Part shown: one piece after another, positions 9,578-19,986 of the stretch | Numbering within the stretch: the first letter of the stretch is position 1 | How the letters are laid out: each line of letters starts with the position of its first letter | Position numbers and translations under genes: made by a program | Virus record (IMG/VR): IMGVR_UViG_3300042302_000394 | Location: 143,814 to 207,813 of that record | Direction: 5' to 3' (one strand) | Length of the DNA stretch: 64,000 nucleotides | Notes under the pieces: generated by a model | Database searches by the model: none | What the model saw: the letters and a program-made list of their open reading frames with translations, nothing else | Told to the model about the DNA's origin: nothing

Positions 9578-12500
9578 TTACTGAGTCAGGGAAACACCTG
9601 TAGGTGGTGTAAAGTTAGCAGTGTAACGGGCAATACCTAGGGTGATTCTAAAGTCACTAATATAACCATTGACACTATGAGCAGCACTAAAGCTACTGCC
9701 ACCTATATATATAAGACCGGTAGCAGATGCAAAATTAGTTGAATTAGAAGTAGTGGAGCCAACTTGTGTTCCGTTAACAAATAATCTCAGTGATGTGCCT
9801 GATCTGGTAGCTGCTATATGAGTCCAAGTATTTGCTACTACTGCTGTGGTCGTCACATTTAATATAACCGCGTTTCTTGCGTCAAGCTTCAGTTGGGTGG
9901 TGCTCCAATCGTAACCAAATGACACTACCGATCCTCCATCGTCAGGTCGTAAAAACGAAGAAAATGTACTAGTGTTTGCCATGTTTACCCAAAGTTCTAT
10001 AGTAAAGTCGCCTGTACCAAAATTTATAGAGGCACCGCCTATATAAGTCAAACTATCCCCATTACCGTCAAACTTCACGCTTTCTGTGCCGGTGAATTTA
10101 ACTACTGTGGTGTCAATTTTAGCATCACCCACAGTTTCATAATTGTTCATTCCCGAACTGTCATAGACACCAGCACCGGTTCCGTTGATCAATAATACAG
10201 TGTTTCTAACTGCTGTTAATGGTGTGTTTTGTGGTACGAAATTTGAGGTGTAGAGTGCGGTACCTTTGACATATCTAAAATCGCTGATGTAACCAGTAAC
10301 ACCTACTGGGTTAAAAGCAGTCCAATTGGTTGAATTAACGCCTAACCATAATCCGTTAGGTCCAGCTAAATCATATCGACTACTCAATGGTTGTGCTGCA
10401 CCAGGTGCGCTGACCGCTGTTCCTCCTACTCCATTTACATACACTTTAATAAAATTACTCGAACGAACTAGCGCAATGTGGTTCCAGCTATTAGTTGATA
10501 AAGTAGCCGACGACGGAAATAGCGCGGTATATTGTACAGAGCTCGTATTACTGCCGCCGCTGATAAAGATACTTGCGCTTTTGTTAGTAATCCAAATAAC
10601 CCGCTCACTGTTATATGCTTCTTTGTAAGTGCCGTAGTTTGCTATTGTGTAATCTGCCAAACCGCTAGTTGAGTAAACCCATAACTCCATAGTGAAGTCT
10701 TGACCGGAAGCAAAATTCATTACGGATGTGGTATTGGTCTGAGCAGAACCAATCCAATCATTGGTACCATCAAAGCGTGAACTACCGCCAAACACTTGTG
10801 GTGTATAACGTTGTCTAGTAGTGTAAGCGACGTTGAATGGTGCGAATTGGGATGGTATCGTGTTACCAACCGCAGTTATTGCAAAATTGTTTGTACTGTT
10901 ATCTATGAAAGTATTAGATTGGCAAGTCAATAAACTTGTACCTGCGATAGCAGTTAGTGGTTCAGTAGGTACTGTTATCGTAGTAGATGTAGCAGCGTAG
11001 GGAGCAGAACCAGTAGCACCATTATAAATCCTAACGTTACTAATATACCCCACATGGCCTCCGCCCCCAGCAATGATGCCAAAACCAATATATAAAGCAC
11101 TGGCACTGGTTTTTGCAGCAGTGTTCAATCCGTTGAAAGATGTTGCCCTAGTGCCATTGATGAACAAAGCCCAGTCTGCATTTGTTTTGACCAATGCCAA
11201 GTGATACCACTGACCTGCAACAGGAACGGTACTAGAAGGAAGAACGCCGATCCCCGAGCTGCCAGGTGCACCAGAAGCTCCCCAATTTATAGCAATTTGA
11301 CTAGATGCATTTAAATATATTGCCCAGTTTGAAAAAGAGACAGTATCTAATCCGCCGTTGTCAATGATAGTTCGGTTGGCACTAACAGTAGCAAAGTTTA
11401 CCCAAAGCTCGCAACTAAAAGAATCTGTGCTACCCGAAGTGATATTAAATGCAGCATTTGATGGTACAGTTAAATAATCCCCAGTACCATCAAAGTAGTT
11501 GCTATAATAAGGTGTAGGTAATGAGGTTTCTGTAAAAGGACTGAACTTTTGCACACTGACATCACCCGCCTTGGTGACGGCAAAGTTGTTGGGGCTGGCA
11601 TCGACGAGTCGATTGCGAGCACAGGTCAACAAACTTGTTCCAGCTATGGGTTGCAGTGGGGCGGTGCTTGGTGTAAAGTTAGCGGTATAAAGTGCGGTGC
11701 CTTTGACTAACCTTAAATTACTAATATAACCGGTAACATATTCAGATGTTCCGTCTGAATATGCTCCAACAGTCACTTGGCTTGCACCGTCGGTTAGTGC
11801 TCCTATTGTGCCGGTAGTTGCATCTAATACTCCGTTCACAAACAATCTAACAGTACTGCTGGATCGTGTAATTGCAACGTGATTCCATTGGTTGATGACT
11901 ACCGCAGTGGTAGTTCCTGTTACATTGGTAGCAGCCCCTGAAAATTGTAGTCGACCAGCAGCAACATATCTAAAGATCCATGCATTACCGGTACCCCATT
12001 GTGCCAATATATTATTATTTCCTGAAGTAATAGAAGTTGGATACACCCAGCATTCAAAAGTAAAGTCATTAGTGCCCAATGTGAACGCAGCGTTGTCCGG
12101 AATACTTAAATAATCGCCAGTACCATCAAAGTAGTTGCTCCATCCACCACCGTAGGGACTGAATGTTCCTTGTGTAGTATTACCATTTCTTGTTATCAAG
12201 AAATTGTTAGTGCTGTTGTCAATGAACACATTGTTGTTGACTGGTTGATTGGTTTGGCAAGTCAATAAACTTGTACCTGCGATAGCAGTTAGTGGTTCAG
12301 TAGGTACAGTTAATGTAGTTTGTGTCGGATCGTAAACTGCTGTACCTATAACAACTCTAAAATTACTAATATAACCAAAAAACATCTGTGAAGCTGCACC
12401 GCCTATAGTTGCTGGTCCTGCTACATAATTTGTGCTGACTGTACCATTGACATTACGAACACCGTTAAAAAATATACTTGTTTGGTTTGCACCTGTTCCA

Positions 12501-14158
12501 CTTCTTACAGCCACAATATGTAACCATCTATTTGTAACAAACGGACTTCCCGATGTTGCTATAGTATTGCCTACGCCGTATGTACCAATATTTAAATTTC
12601 CACCGCTATCTGTTTGTAATTGTATACCTCCGTTTGTAGTGGTACCAAATATAATAGCGTTTGTTGGTATTGATGTAGGATAAGCCCAAAACTCTATAGT
12701 AAAGGCACTAGTTCCGAGCGTCATTGATTGTGCCGTTAAAAAGTCCCCAGTACCATCAAAGTAAGTACTGCCGTATCCACTATAACTAGTATTGGGTACA
12801 AACGGATCAAACCCTGATATAGCCAAATTTCCATTTACTGTTAGTGCAAAATTGTTTGTACTGTTATCAATAAATCTATTGCTCTGACAAGTTAATAAAG
12901 TAGTACCTGCAATAGCAGTTAGTGGTACCGTAGGCGGTGTAAAGTTAGCTGTATAAACAGCAGAACCTTTGACTATTCTTACATTAGAAATATATCCGTT
13001 GAAGTCCCATCCACTGCCTGCATCTGGATTTCTACCAATGTAAAATGTACTTGCATTATCGGAGCCCGGGACAAGTGCGCCAGTAGCTGTTTGCGCTACA
13101 CCGTTTAAGTACAGTATATTTGTTGTTCCGTCGTAACACATGGCAACATGATTCCACTGGTTCAAAGGAGCAGTATTGTTTGATAGTTGACTACTGCCAG
13201 TATTAAATAACCAAGTCACTTGTTGAGATGTGTTTACATCAAGTCGCCATCTTGCGGCGCCTGATGAAATTAATTGAACTTGTTTTGAGCTTGTTTGATA
13301 AAACCAACATTCAACAGTCCACGACCCGGAGCTTAGGTTAAATGCTACATTTCCCGGATTAGATATAAAATCACCAGTACCATCAAAGAAATTACTGTAA
13401 TATCCAGGTGTATATGGACCGAAGTTATTTGGTCTAGTATCGCCAAATATAGATACTGGGAAGTTGTTTGTACTTGCATCGTCGACAAATACACTAGTTG
13501 CAGGGGAATTTGCACTAATCAATGTAGTGACATTTTTAAAGAAAGGGTCAGCGATCGTTATAGTAACAGTAAAGGCTCTGGGGCTTTCTTGTAATTCCAC
13601 ATCAATTGCTTCTATAGTAAAATTATAAAGTGTTTCAACACCCACTGCAACTAATCCAGTAATTAATCCACTGCTGGACAATGAAACACCGCTCGGTAAA
13701 CTACTACCGGCTTGAACCGCATATGTTAGTGGTGAATCTCCGGTTGTTTCTAGTTGTATAGAGATGGCAGTATTTGCCGGTTGATCGGGCAATGTACTAC
13801 CTGTTACCCAAGTAGGGTTTCCACTATAGGTTAACCCATTAACTCGTATTGCGACTCCACCATCGGGATTGACTACATACACTACATATGTACCCGCAAC
13901 CTGTGCAGGAACCTGTACATTTAGGGTAGTACTATTTACAAATGTAACTGATGTTGCGTTTGCACTGCCTAAAATAACTTGACATCCTGAAACAAACTTA
14001 GTTCCTGTGAGTTTTATGTAACCACCGGATAGTAATACAGCGGTATCATCAATAATAGCATAACTGGCATCTGTTATTTGTACGTTGGTTAACGTAGGGC
14101 CGCCCAACGCGGCTAATGTTGCAGGTTGTATGTTGTCTTGACTAATTTGAGTAGGCAT
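9578..14158 (-). CDS. Tail fibre/adhesin with IPT/TIG and Ig-like N-terminus and multiple LamG (ConA-like) domains
   Basis: About six repeats of YFDGTGD...FT.E.W...W.H.A..R...GYISN.R...YTANFTP. Confidence 0.85.
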   Translation of the reverse strand: MPTQISQDNIQPATLAALGGPTLTNVQITDASYAIIDDTAVLLSGGYIKLTGTKFVSGCQVILGSANATSVTFVNSTTLNVQVPAQVAGTYVVYVVNPDGGVAIRVNGLTYSGNPTWVTGSTLPDQPANTAISIQLETTGDSPLTYAVQAGSSLPSGVSLSSSGLITGLVAVGVETLYNFTIEAIDVELQESPRAFTVTITIADPFFKNVTTLISANSPATSVFVDDASTNNFPVSIFGDTRPNNFGPYTPGYYSNFFDGTGDFISNPGNVAFNLSSGSWTVECWFYQTSSKQVQLISSGAARWRLDVNTSQQVTWLFNTGSSQLSNNTAPLNQWNHVAMCYDGTTNILYLNGVAQTATGALVPGSDNASTFYIGRNPDAGSGWDFNGYISNVRIVKGSAVYTANFTPPTVPLTAIAGTTLLTCQSNRFIDNSTNNFALTVNGNLAISGFDPFVPNTSYSGYGSTYFDGTGDFLTAQSMTLGTSAFTIEFWAYPTSIPTNAIIFGTTTNGGIQLQTDSGGNLNIGTYGVGNTIATSGSPFVTNRWLHIVAVRSGTGANQTSIFFNGVRNVNGTVSTNYVAGPATIGGAASQMFFGYISNFRVVIGTAVYDPTQTTLTVPTEPLTAIAGTSLLTCQTNQPVNNNVFIDNSTNNFLITRNGNTTQGTFSPYGGGWSNYFDGTGDYLSIPDNAAFTLGTNDFTFECWVYPTSITSGNNNILAQWGTGNAWIFRYVAAGRLQFSGAATNVTGTTTAVVINQWNHVAITRSSSTVRLFVNGVLDATTGTIGALTDGASQVTVGAYSDGTSEYVTGYISNLRLVKGTALYTANFTPSTAPLQPIAGTSLLTCARNRLVDASPNNFAVTKAGDVSVQKFSPFTETSLPTPYYSNYFDGTGDYLTVPSNAAFNITSGSTDSFSCELWVNFATVSANRTIIDNGGLDTVSFSNWAIYLNASSQIAINWGASGAPGSSGIGVLPSSTVPVAGQWYHLALVKTNADWALFINGTRATSFNGLNTAAKTSASALYIGFGIIAGGGGHVGYISNVRIYNGATGSAPYAATSTTITVPTEPLTAIAGTSLLTCQSNTFIDNSTNNFAITAVGNTIPSQFAPFNVAYTTRQRYTPQVFGGSSRFDGTNDWIGSAQTNTTSVMNFASGQDFTMELWVYSTSGLADYTIANYGTYKEAYNSERVIWITNKSASIFISGGSNTSSVQYTALFPSSATLSTNSWNHIALVRSSNFIKVYVNGVGGTAVSAPGAAQPLSSRYDLAGPNGLWLGVNSTNWTAFNPVGVTGYISDFRYVKGTALYTSNFVPQNTPLTAVRNTVLLINGTGAGVYDSSGMNNYETVGDAKIDTTVVKFTGTESVKFDGNGDSLTYIGGASINFGTGDFTIELWVNMANTSTFSSFLRPDDGGSVVSFGYDWSTTQLKLDARNAVILNVTTTAVVANTWTHIAATRSGTSLRLFVNGTQVGSTTSNSTNFASATGLIYIGGSSFSAAHSVNGYISDFRITLGIARYTANFTPPTGVSLTQ

Positions 14159-14160
14159 AG

Positions 14161-14508
14161 TTATACTATTGTTATTCCATTCGGTTTTACTGCAACTTTT
14201 CCATTGTCAGTGGTTGTGACATAAACAATGTAATTTCCCACAGCTAGTGCAGGTACTTGAATATTTATTCTAACAGAGCTTACAAATGTAACTGTGCTGG
14301 CCAGTGCTGTACCTATCACAACATTGATGTTACTTGAAAAATTAGATCCGTTGATGATTGCAAACCCACCTGTTGTGCCTATTGTGGTTCCGCCTGTTGC
14401 AATATAAGAACCATTAGCAACCTGCACGCTGGTAATTTTAGGGCCAGATATATATATAATATCCAATGTACTGGGCTGAATATTGTTCGATGATATTTGA
14501 GTAGTCAT
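14161..14508 (-). CDS. IPT/TIG-domain virion protein, paralogous to the N-terminus of the LamG protein
   Basis: MTTQISSNNIQPSTL...VTFVSS...VPAL compared with MPTQISQDNIQPATL...VTFVNS...VPAQ. Confidence 0.7.
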   Translation of the reverse strand: MTTQISSNNIQPSTLDIIYISGPKITSVQVANGSYIATGGTTIGTTGGFAIINGSNFSSNINVVIGTALASTVTFVSSVRINIQVPALAVGNYIVYVTTTDNGKVAVKPNGITIV

Positions 14509-14535
14509 TTATTTAAATTTTGATCAAATAACGTT

Positions 14536-14901
14536 TCAAGACAGCGTGAGTAGAATCCAAGATTGTGTATCTTCGTCCCATGTATATGTTTCACCGTCAG
14601 TTGGATACGGTACTGGAGCAGTCCATTGGCTGGTATCTGTGTCAAGAACCCAACTTGGATAGGGACTGGGAGGTATAAATGCGTCTAATTCTAGATCATA
14701 TGTATGGCCCGTGCCCGCATAATTTTTTCTAAAATTAGCATTGTAACTGGTTTGAACCCAATTTCCACCCAATAACTGTGTACAAAATTCTTGACCCAAT
14801 TGTTCACTTTCATTACCGTTAGCATCCAATAAAACATCGTTGTTTACTACGATTACTTGAATTACTGAATTATTTTCATCTAGTTGGGCAAAATGTGCCA
14901 T
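14536..14901 (-). CDS. Tail-fibre-associated protein (MAHFA family)
   Basis: MAHFAQLD...WVQTSYN..FRKNYAG.G..YD...DAFIPP.PYPSW...W.APVPYP. Confidence 0.7.
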   Translation of the reverse strand: MAHFAQLDENNSVIQVIVVNNDVLLDANGNESEQLGQEFCTQLLGGNWVQTSYNANFRKNYAGTGHTYDLELDAFIPPSPYPSWVLDTDTSQWTAPVPYPTDGETYTWDEDTQSWILLTLS

Positions 14902-14918
14902 ATCTTTTCCTTTAATAT

Positions 14919-15857
14919 TTAAAATGTAATAGAGCCTGAGCCAATGAAGGAGTAGATTCTAAAACCGTTCAATAATGTAATAGTTGGACCACCAGTAGTA
15001 GATGTGGCCGCCGGGTACGCACTTGAGTATCTAAGTACCACAACTCCGGACGAACCGGCGGTACCTGTCGAACCTGTGCCACCACCACCACCGCCACCAC
15101 CCGTGTTTGCATCGCCAGCAACTGGTCTATTACCTGCGGCGGTTGGAGCGCCTTGGCCACCTGGTGAATAAGTTACAGCAGAGCCCCTAATACCATTAGA
15201 TAACCCTGCACCTCCGGCGGCCAGCACTATACCAGCACCGTTTGCGCCCACGCCGCCAGCTCCACCACCACCTGCGCCGCCGCCGCCGCTGGTGCCAGTT
15301 TCTGCTGTAGATCCACCGTTTCTACCGTAAACTCCGCCTGCACCAGCAGCGCCACTGGAGTTGGCGCCACCGCCTCCAGACCCATTTCCGGAACTATTTC
15401 CGGCACGAGTTGCAGCATAACTAGAGCCAGTACCACCGGCAGTTCCACCAAAACCTCCTCCATTGGCTGTGACAGAATACGCAACTGCTCCTGCTGTTGT
15501 AATACTGCTATTACCTCCGTTGGTTTGAGTTCTACTGGCCACGCCTCCAATTGTGCCGCCGCCGCCTACTGTGATGATATAGGTTTGGCCAATCTCAAAA
15601 TTCTGAGAAGACAATGTTAAGTATGCGCCGCCGCCGCCACCTCCGCCGCCACGTGCATTATTTGCTCCGGCACCGCCCGCTCCACCCCCTCCGACTATAA
15701 GTATATCATCAACAGGTATACGAAACAGCGGCGGCCAGGTATTAGTTTGTCTAGCCTGCATTTGCTGAGTAACATTAAAAACTCCATTTATCGCCGCTAC
15801 TGCGCTAATAGTTGGGGGTGTAGCCGATATTATTCCGCCAAGGTACCGTTTTACCAT
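14919..15857 (-). CDS. Glycine-rich domain tail-fibre protein
   Basis: LIVGGGGAGG...GGGGG...GSSGVVVLRY...YSFIGSGSITF. Confidence 0.8.
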   Translation of the reverse strand: MVKRYLGGIISATPPTISAVAAINGVFNVTQQMQARQTNTWPPLFRIPVDDILIVGGGGAGGAGANNARGGGGGGGGAYLTLSSQNFEIGQTYIITVGGGGTIGGVASRTQTNGGNSSITTAGAVAYSVTANGGGFGGTAGGTGSSYAATRAGNSSGNGSGGGGANSSGAAGAGGVYGRNGGSTAETGTSGGGGAGGGGAGGVGANGAGIVLAAGGAGLSNGIRGSAVTYSPGGQGAPTAAGNRPVAGDANTGGGGGGGGTGSTGTAGSSGVVVLRYSSAYPAATSTTGGPTITLLNGFRIYSFIGSGSITF

Positions 15858-15858
15858 G

Positions 15859-16230
15859 TTAACTTATATCCTCATAACTACAAGTAACTATCAATGAATT
15901 TCCTGTCGCCGCCGCAGCGCCTAGACTATTGTTTTCTTCTAAATAGTACTGACTAGTTTTGTCAATAACGTTCAATGTTGCTCCCGCCGGCACCGCTGCA
16001 TTACTTATAATTGCAAACGCAGCACCTCCTATGCTTGCAGTATTATACCAACTTACAGTTACATTGGTTGCTGTGGCTCCATAATTTGCCACGTTCAATG
16101 TGTTGACTTTCAAACATTTTCCACTATCTGATGGATTATTCAACACTGTAGTAGTTGATGTTGTGGTAAGACTAGTTCCGGTGGTCTTACCTGTAATTGT
16201 TGTTGCGCCGATTAAGTTTGGTGCTGTCAT
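15859..16230 (-). CDS. Small virion adaptor-like protein (MTAPNL)
   Basis: GGAGGA RBS before ATG 16230; paralogue of 17652-18005. Confidence 0.75.
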   Translation of the reverse strand: MTAPNLIGATTITGKTTGTSLTTTSTTTVLNNPSDSGKCLKVNTLNVANYGATATNVTVSWYNTASIGGAAFAIISNAAVPAGATLNVIDKTSQYYLEENNSLGAAAATGNSLIVTCSYEDIS

Positions 16231-16231
16231 A

Positions 16232-16693
16232 TTATCCTCCAAAGACTAAATTGTATCCTGCTATTGCTGCGTTGCTAGTTCCGCCGGATCCACCAGAGCC
16301 ACCAGAGCCACTAATGATTATTTCTCTTATCTGTATGGCCATATTTGTTGTAGGTGCTGTGACAAATATTAAGTTTGTGCCACTAACAGTATAATCAGTT
16401 GTGGGAAACTGCATAATACCGTTTTCAAATACAAACACACTGTTTACAGTCAATCCGTTCGTAATGGTAAAGGTTGTATTACTACCATTACCTGTGTAAT
16501 TTCTAGTTACAAAATTTATTGATGCGCTGCTGCCTTGACTACCTGTATATCCAATATCACCCTTTGAACCAGTATATCCCAATTCTCCCTGGGGTGGAAC
16601 AACTTCCCAGCCCTCGCCATTAAACTTCCATGTTCTAGTTCCTAGAGTATAGAGAGCGTCGAGGGCCGGTGATGATGGAAAATTTAATGACAT
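16232..16693 (-). CDS. Short fibre protein with GYTGS repeats
   Basis: MSLNFPSSP...W.FNG..W, GYTGS repeats, a beta-rich domain, C-terminus LVFGG. Confidence 0.75.
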   Translation of the reverse strand: MSLNFPSSPALDALYTLGTRTWKFNGEGWEVVPPQGELGYTGSKGDIGYTGSQGSSASINFVTRNYTGNGSNTTFTITNGLTVNSVFVFENGIMQFPTTDYTVSGTNLIFVTAPTTNMAIQIREIIISGSGGSGGSGGTSNAAIAGYNLVFGG

Positions 16694-16737
16694 AATATTG
16701 TATACTTATCTGTTGTTTGATAACTGATTGTTACTTT

Positions 16738-17652
16738 TTAGAATGTTATGCTACCGGACCCGGTGAAGGTATAGATTCTAAATCCACCAACTGTGGTAAT
16801 TGTAGGGCTTCCTGTTGTGGCTGATGCTGCATTGAATCTGTCTGGATAGCGAATGATGACAATGCCAGATCCACCACCACCGCCAGCACTGGTAGTGTTG
16901 CCGGCGCCACCGCCGCCACCACCTGTATTAGAAGTTCCCGGGGCAAACCCGCCGCTAGCTCTACCACCTTGGCCACCACCGCCAGCGCCTCCTGCAGGAA
17001 AAAAGCCAGCCGTTCCAGCAAAATGTCCGCCGCCTCCGCCGCCTGCATAGGTTACGGCATTTCCTGAAATAGCCGATGATGTTCCTGCGCCGCCAGCGCC
17101 GCCGCCAGTAGTATTGCCGGCAAATCCAGTACCACCTGCTCCACCACCACCACCAGCTGAAAACTGTGGGCTACCGGGACCTCCTTGTCCACCATTACTA
17201 CCTTGAGACGGAGTTGTAGACGGGGTATTACCGTCGCCGGCAGCTCCACTAGTATAGGAGCCACCTCCTCCTGAACCACCCGCAGCACCTGCTCCGGCAT
17301 TGCTAACACCACCTCTACCTCCACCGGTAGAAGTTATAGAAGAAAACACAGAGTTCACTCCGCTTGCAGCAGTAGTGCCGCCACTACCTCCTGCACCTAC
17401 TGTTATTGTATAACTTACTTGACTTGCAATACTTAAAGTTCCGGTTCTAAATCCTCCTGCGCCACCACCACCATAATTGCTGCCGCCGCCGCCGCCAGCA
17501 ACAACTAGATATTCAACTTCAGATACGATAAACCCCGGTGGCCATCTATTAAAGTTTTGCTGTTGTTCACTAATAGACCATATACCTGAAGATCCTAGCA
17601 GAGGATCTGGTGTATTCAACGAACCTATAAGGCCGCCATTATTCCTGCCCAT
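16738..17652 (-). CDS. Glycine-rich domain tail-fibre protein
   Basis: VEYLVVAGGGGG...GGSGIVIIRY...YTFTGSGSITF; paralogue of 14919-15857. Confidence 0.8.
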   Translation of the reverse strand: MGRNNGGLIGSLNTPDPLLGSSGIWSISEQQQNFNRWPPGFIVSEVEYLVVAGGGGGSNYGGGGAGGFRTGTLSIASQVSYTITVGAGGSGGTTAASGVNSVFSSITSTGGGRGGVSNAGAGAAGGSGGGGSYTSGAAGDGNTPSTTPSQGSNGGQGGPGSPQFSAGGGGGAGGTGFAGNTTGGGAGGAGTSSAISGNAVTYAGGGGGGHFAGTAGFFPAGGAGGGGQGGRASGGFAPGTSNTGGGGGGAGNTTSAGGGGGSGIVIIRYPDRFNAASATTGSPTITTVGGFRIYTFTGSGSITF

Positions 17653-18005
17653 TACTGAATTTCCTCATATGAGCACACTGCCTGTAGACGAGAATTGACC
17701 CCAGCAGTCAATCTCAATGTATCACCTTCTTCTAGATAAATTGATTTATTAATTACATCTAGTGTTGCATCAGCAGGTACAACTACAGTTTTGGCAATGT
17801 GATATGCAACACTGCTTCTAAACACATCTACAGTGACGGATTCATTATTTGTACCATCCACATTACTAATGTATAATGCGCTGATTTTCAACACAGTGTT
17901 GCTGGCAGTGCTGTTGGTAACAATAGCAGTTGCGGCAGTTGTTATTGATTGAACTGCGGTTTTTGGTGTAATTGTTGTTAAACTTAATAAATTTGGTGTT
18001 GCCAT
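17652..18005 (-). CDS. Small virion adaptor-like protein (MATPNL)
   Basis: GGAGGA RBS before ATG 18005; ends YLEEGD.L...CSYEEI like 15859-16230. Confidence 0.75.
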   Translation of the reverse strand: MATPNLLSLTTITPKTAVQSITTAATAIVTNSTASNTVLKISALYISNVDGTNNESVTVDVFRSSVAYHIAKTVVVPADATLDVINKSIYLEEGDTLRLTAGVNSRLQAVCSYEEIQ

Positions 18006-18006
18006 G

Positions 18007-19986
18007 TTATCCTCCAAAACTAAACACTGTGCCTAGTCCATAAACTTGTGAAGCGGTTAAGCCGCCCCCGCTGCCTGTCCCTACACTTCCAGTAAATCCA
18101 AGAGTACCTGGATTACTGAACTCTACCCACTGAGTAGAATTGCCGTCATCTATATAAAAATATTGTATGCCCGTGTCAGTATCAATCCAAACATCACCTA
18201 ATGATGGTGTGACTGGTGGCGTCGCAGATATTGTTGCTACTACTGCTCCTCGACTACCAGTGAATCCGACTCCTTGACTACCAGTGAATCCAACTCCCTG
18301 ACTACCAGTGAATCCTTGACTACCCACAAATCCATTAATACCTTGACTACCAGTGAATCCAACTCCCTGACTACCAGTGAATCCTTGACTTCCGTCATAT
18401 CCATTAATACCTTGACTACCAGTGAATCCAACTCCCTGACTACCAGTGAATCCTTGACTTCCCACAAATCCAACACTGCCAGTAAATCCCTGACTACCGG
18501 TATAGCCAATATCCCCCTGCGGCCCAACAATGCTGCCAACTGCATTCCATGTTGAACCAGTCCAAACATTAAGATATCCATTGTCTGTTGTAATGTATCC
18601 GTCGCCTATATTGCCTGAATAAGGATCAGGTAACGCAGTGTAAGTAGAAGTAGACCCAACGATAGCCACAGAAGTTCCGTCATTTCCTTGACTACCAGTA
18701 TATCCTTGACTACCAGTATATCCAATAACAGTGCTTGCCGAACCAGTGAATCCGACTCCTTGTGATCCAGTATAGCCAATATCTCCTTGACTACCTGTAT
18801 AACCTTGACTGCCAGTAAATCCTTGACTTCCGGTATAGCCAATATCTCCTTGACTACCCACAAATCCAACACTGCCAGTAAATCCTTGACTCCCGGTATA
18901 GCCAATATCTCCTTGACTACCCACAAATCCAACACTGCCAGTAAATCCTTGACTTCCGGTATAGCCAATATCTCCTTGACTACCTGTATAACCTTGACTA
19001 CCAGTAAATCCTTGACTTCCGGTATAGCCAATATCTCCTTGACTACCTGTATAACCTTGACTACCAGTGAACCCCTGACTACCAGTAAATCCCTGACTAC
19101 CAGTAAATCCCTGACTACCAGTATAGCCAATATCTCCCTGACTGCCAGTATAACCATCAGCGCCATCTGAGCCATTAGTACCGTCTGTACCCGGGTCTCC
19201 TTGGCTACCTGTATATCCCGTATCGCCTTGACTACCAGTATACCCTTGTGATCCGTCATAGCCTCTAGATCCAGTATATCCGTAGCCTACACTGATTCCA
19301 TTTCTGAATATCTCTCCGGCAATTTGTAGATCCTTACCAATGCCCGCGCCACCGGCAACTACTAACGCACCAGTTTCTGTTGATACGGAGTTAGTATCAT
19401 TGTCCACTGTGAATACATCATCAGTGACAATAGATGTTGTAGTAATTGTAGTCAGCTGTATTGTTAACTTTTCAGCAACAATCTCACCACCTACATATAG
19501 GTTTCCGCCGATGCCCACTCCGCCTGCTACTACTAATGAGCCCGTAACAGTTGATGTTGACTGTGTTGCAGTTGTCAACACTATGCTGGCAGCAGTTATA
19601 GTAGAATTGGCATTTATTCCACTAGTGAATAACGTTCCATTCTGATATAGGTCACCGCCAAAGTATATATTGCCACCGACTCCTAGGCCGCCAGAAATAA
19701 CCAATGCACCCGTTGTAGTGCTAGTAGATTCTGTGTCATTGACTATTGATAGGATACCGCTTACAGTTCCTGTAGTTATTGTAACAAAATCTAAAGTTAG
19801 ATTAGTTAATGTTTGTGACCAATATCTTAAACCATCGATACTACCTAATAATACAGAATTGTCATCGTTGGGTAGACCCAAGTCAGGTTCCGCTTGACTT
19901 ACATCTAAATATTCGTAGCGATCAACGGAGAGTTGCCCTCCGCTTAACTTTTTTATCTTACCGCTGAAGAGTCTGCTCTTACTCAT
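18007..19986 (-). CDS. Collagen-like fibre protein with G[YF]TGSQ repeats
   Basis: STTTGALV..GG.G.G repeats followed by long Gly-X-Y tracts of GYT/GFT-GSQ. Confidence 0.85.
   Translation of the reverse strand: MSKSRLFSGKIKKLSGGQLSVDRYEYLDVSQAEPDLGLPNDDNSVLLGSIDGLRYWSQTLTNLTLDFVTITTGTVSGILSIVNDTESTSTTTGALVISGGLGVGGNIYFGGDLYQNGTLFTSGINANSTITAASIVLTTATQSTSTVTGSLVVAGGVGIGGNLYVGGEIVAEKLTIQLTTITTTSIVTDDVFTVDNDTNSVSTETGALVVAGGAGIGKDLQIAGEIFRNGISVGYGYTGSRGYDGSQGYTGSQGDTGYTGSQGDPGTDGTNGSDGADGYTGSQGDIGYTGSQGFTGSQGFTGSQGFTGSQGYTGSQGDIGYTGSQGFTGSQGYTGSQGDIGYTGSQGFTGSVGFVGSQGDIGYTGSQGFTGSVGFVGSQGDIGYTGSQGFTGSQGYTGSQGDIGYTGSQGVGFTGSASTVIGYTGSQGYTGSQGNDGTSVAIVGSTSTYTALPDPYSGNIGDGYITTDNGYLNVWTGSTWNAVGSIVGPQGDIGYTGSQGFTGSVGFVGSQGFTGSQGVGFTGSQGINGYDGSQGFTGSQGVGFTGSQGINGFVGSQGFTGSQGVGFTGSQGVGFTGSRGAVVATISATPPVTPSLGDVWIDTDTGIQYFYIDDGNSTQWVEFSNPGTLGFTGSVGTGSGGGLTASQVYGLGTVFSFGG

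Noticed and set aside
9103-9700. Diversity-generating retroelement TR/VR pair at the LamG C-terminus
   Set aside because: Mismatches include many synonymous C/T third-position changes rather than adenine-specific ones, and no reverse transcriptase is present in the window.
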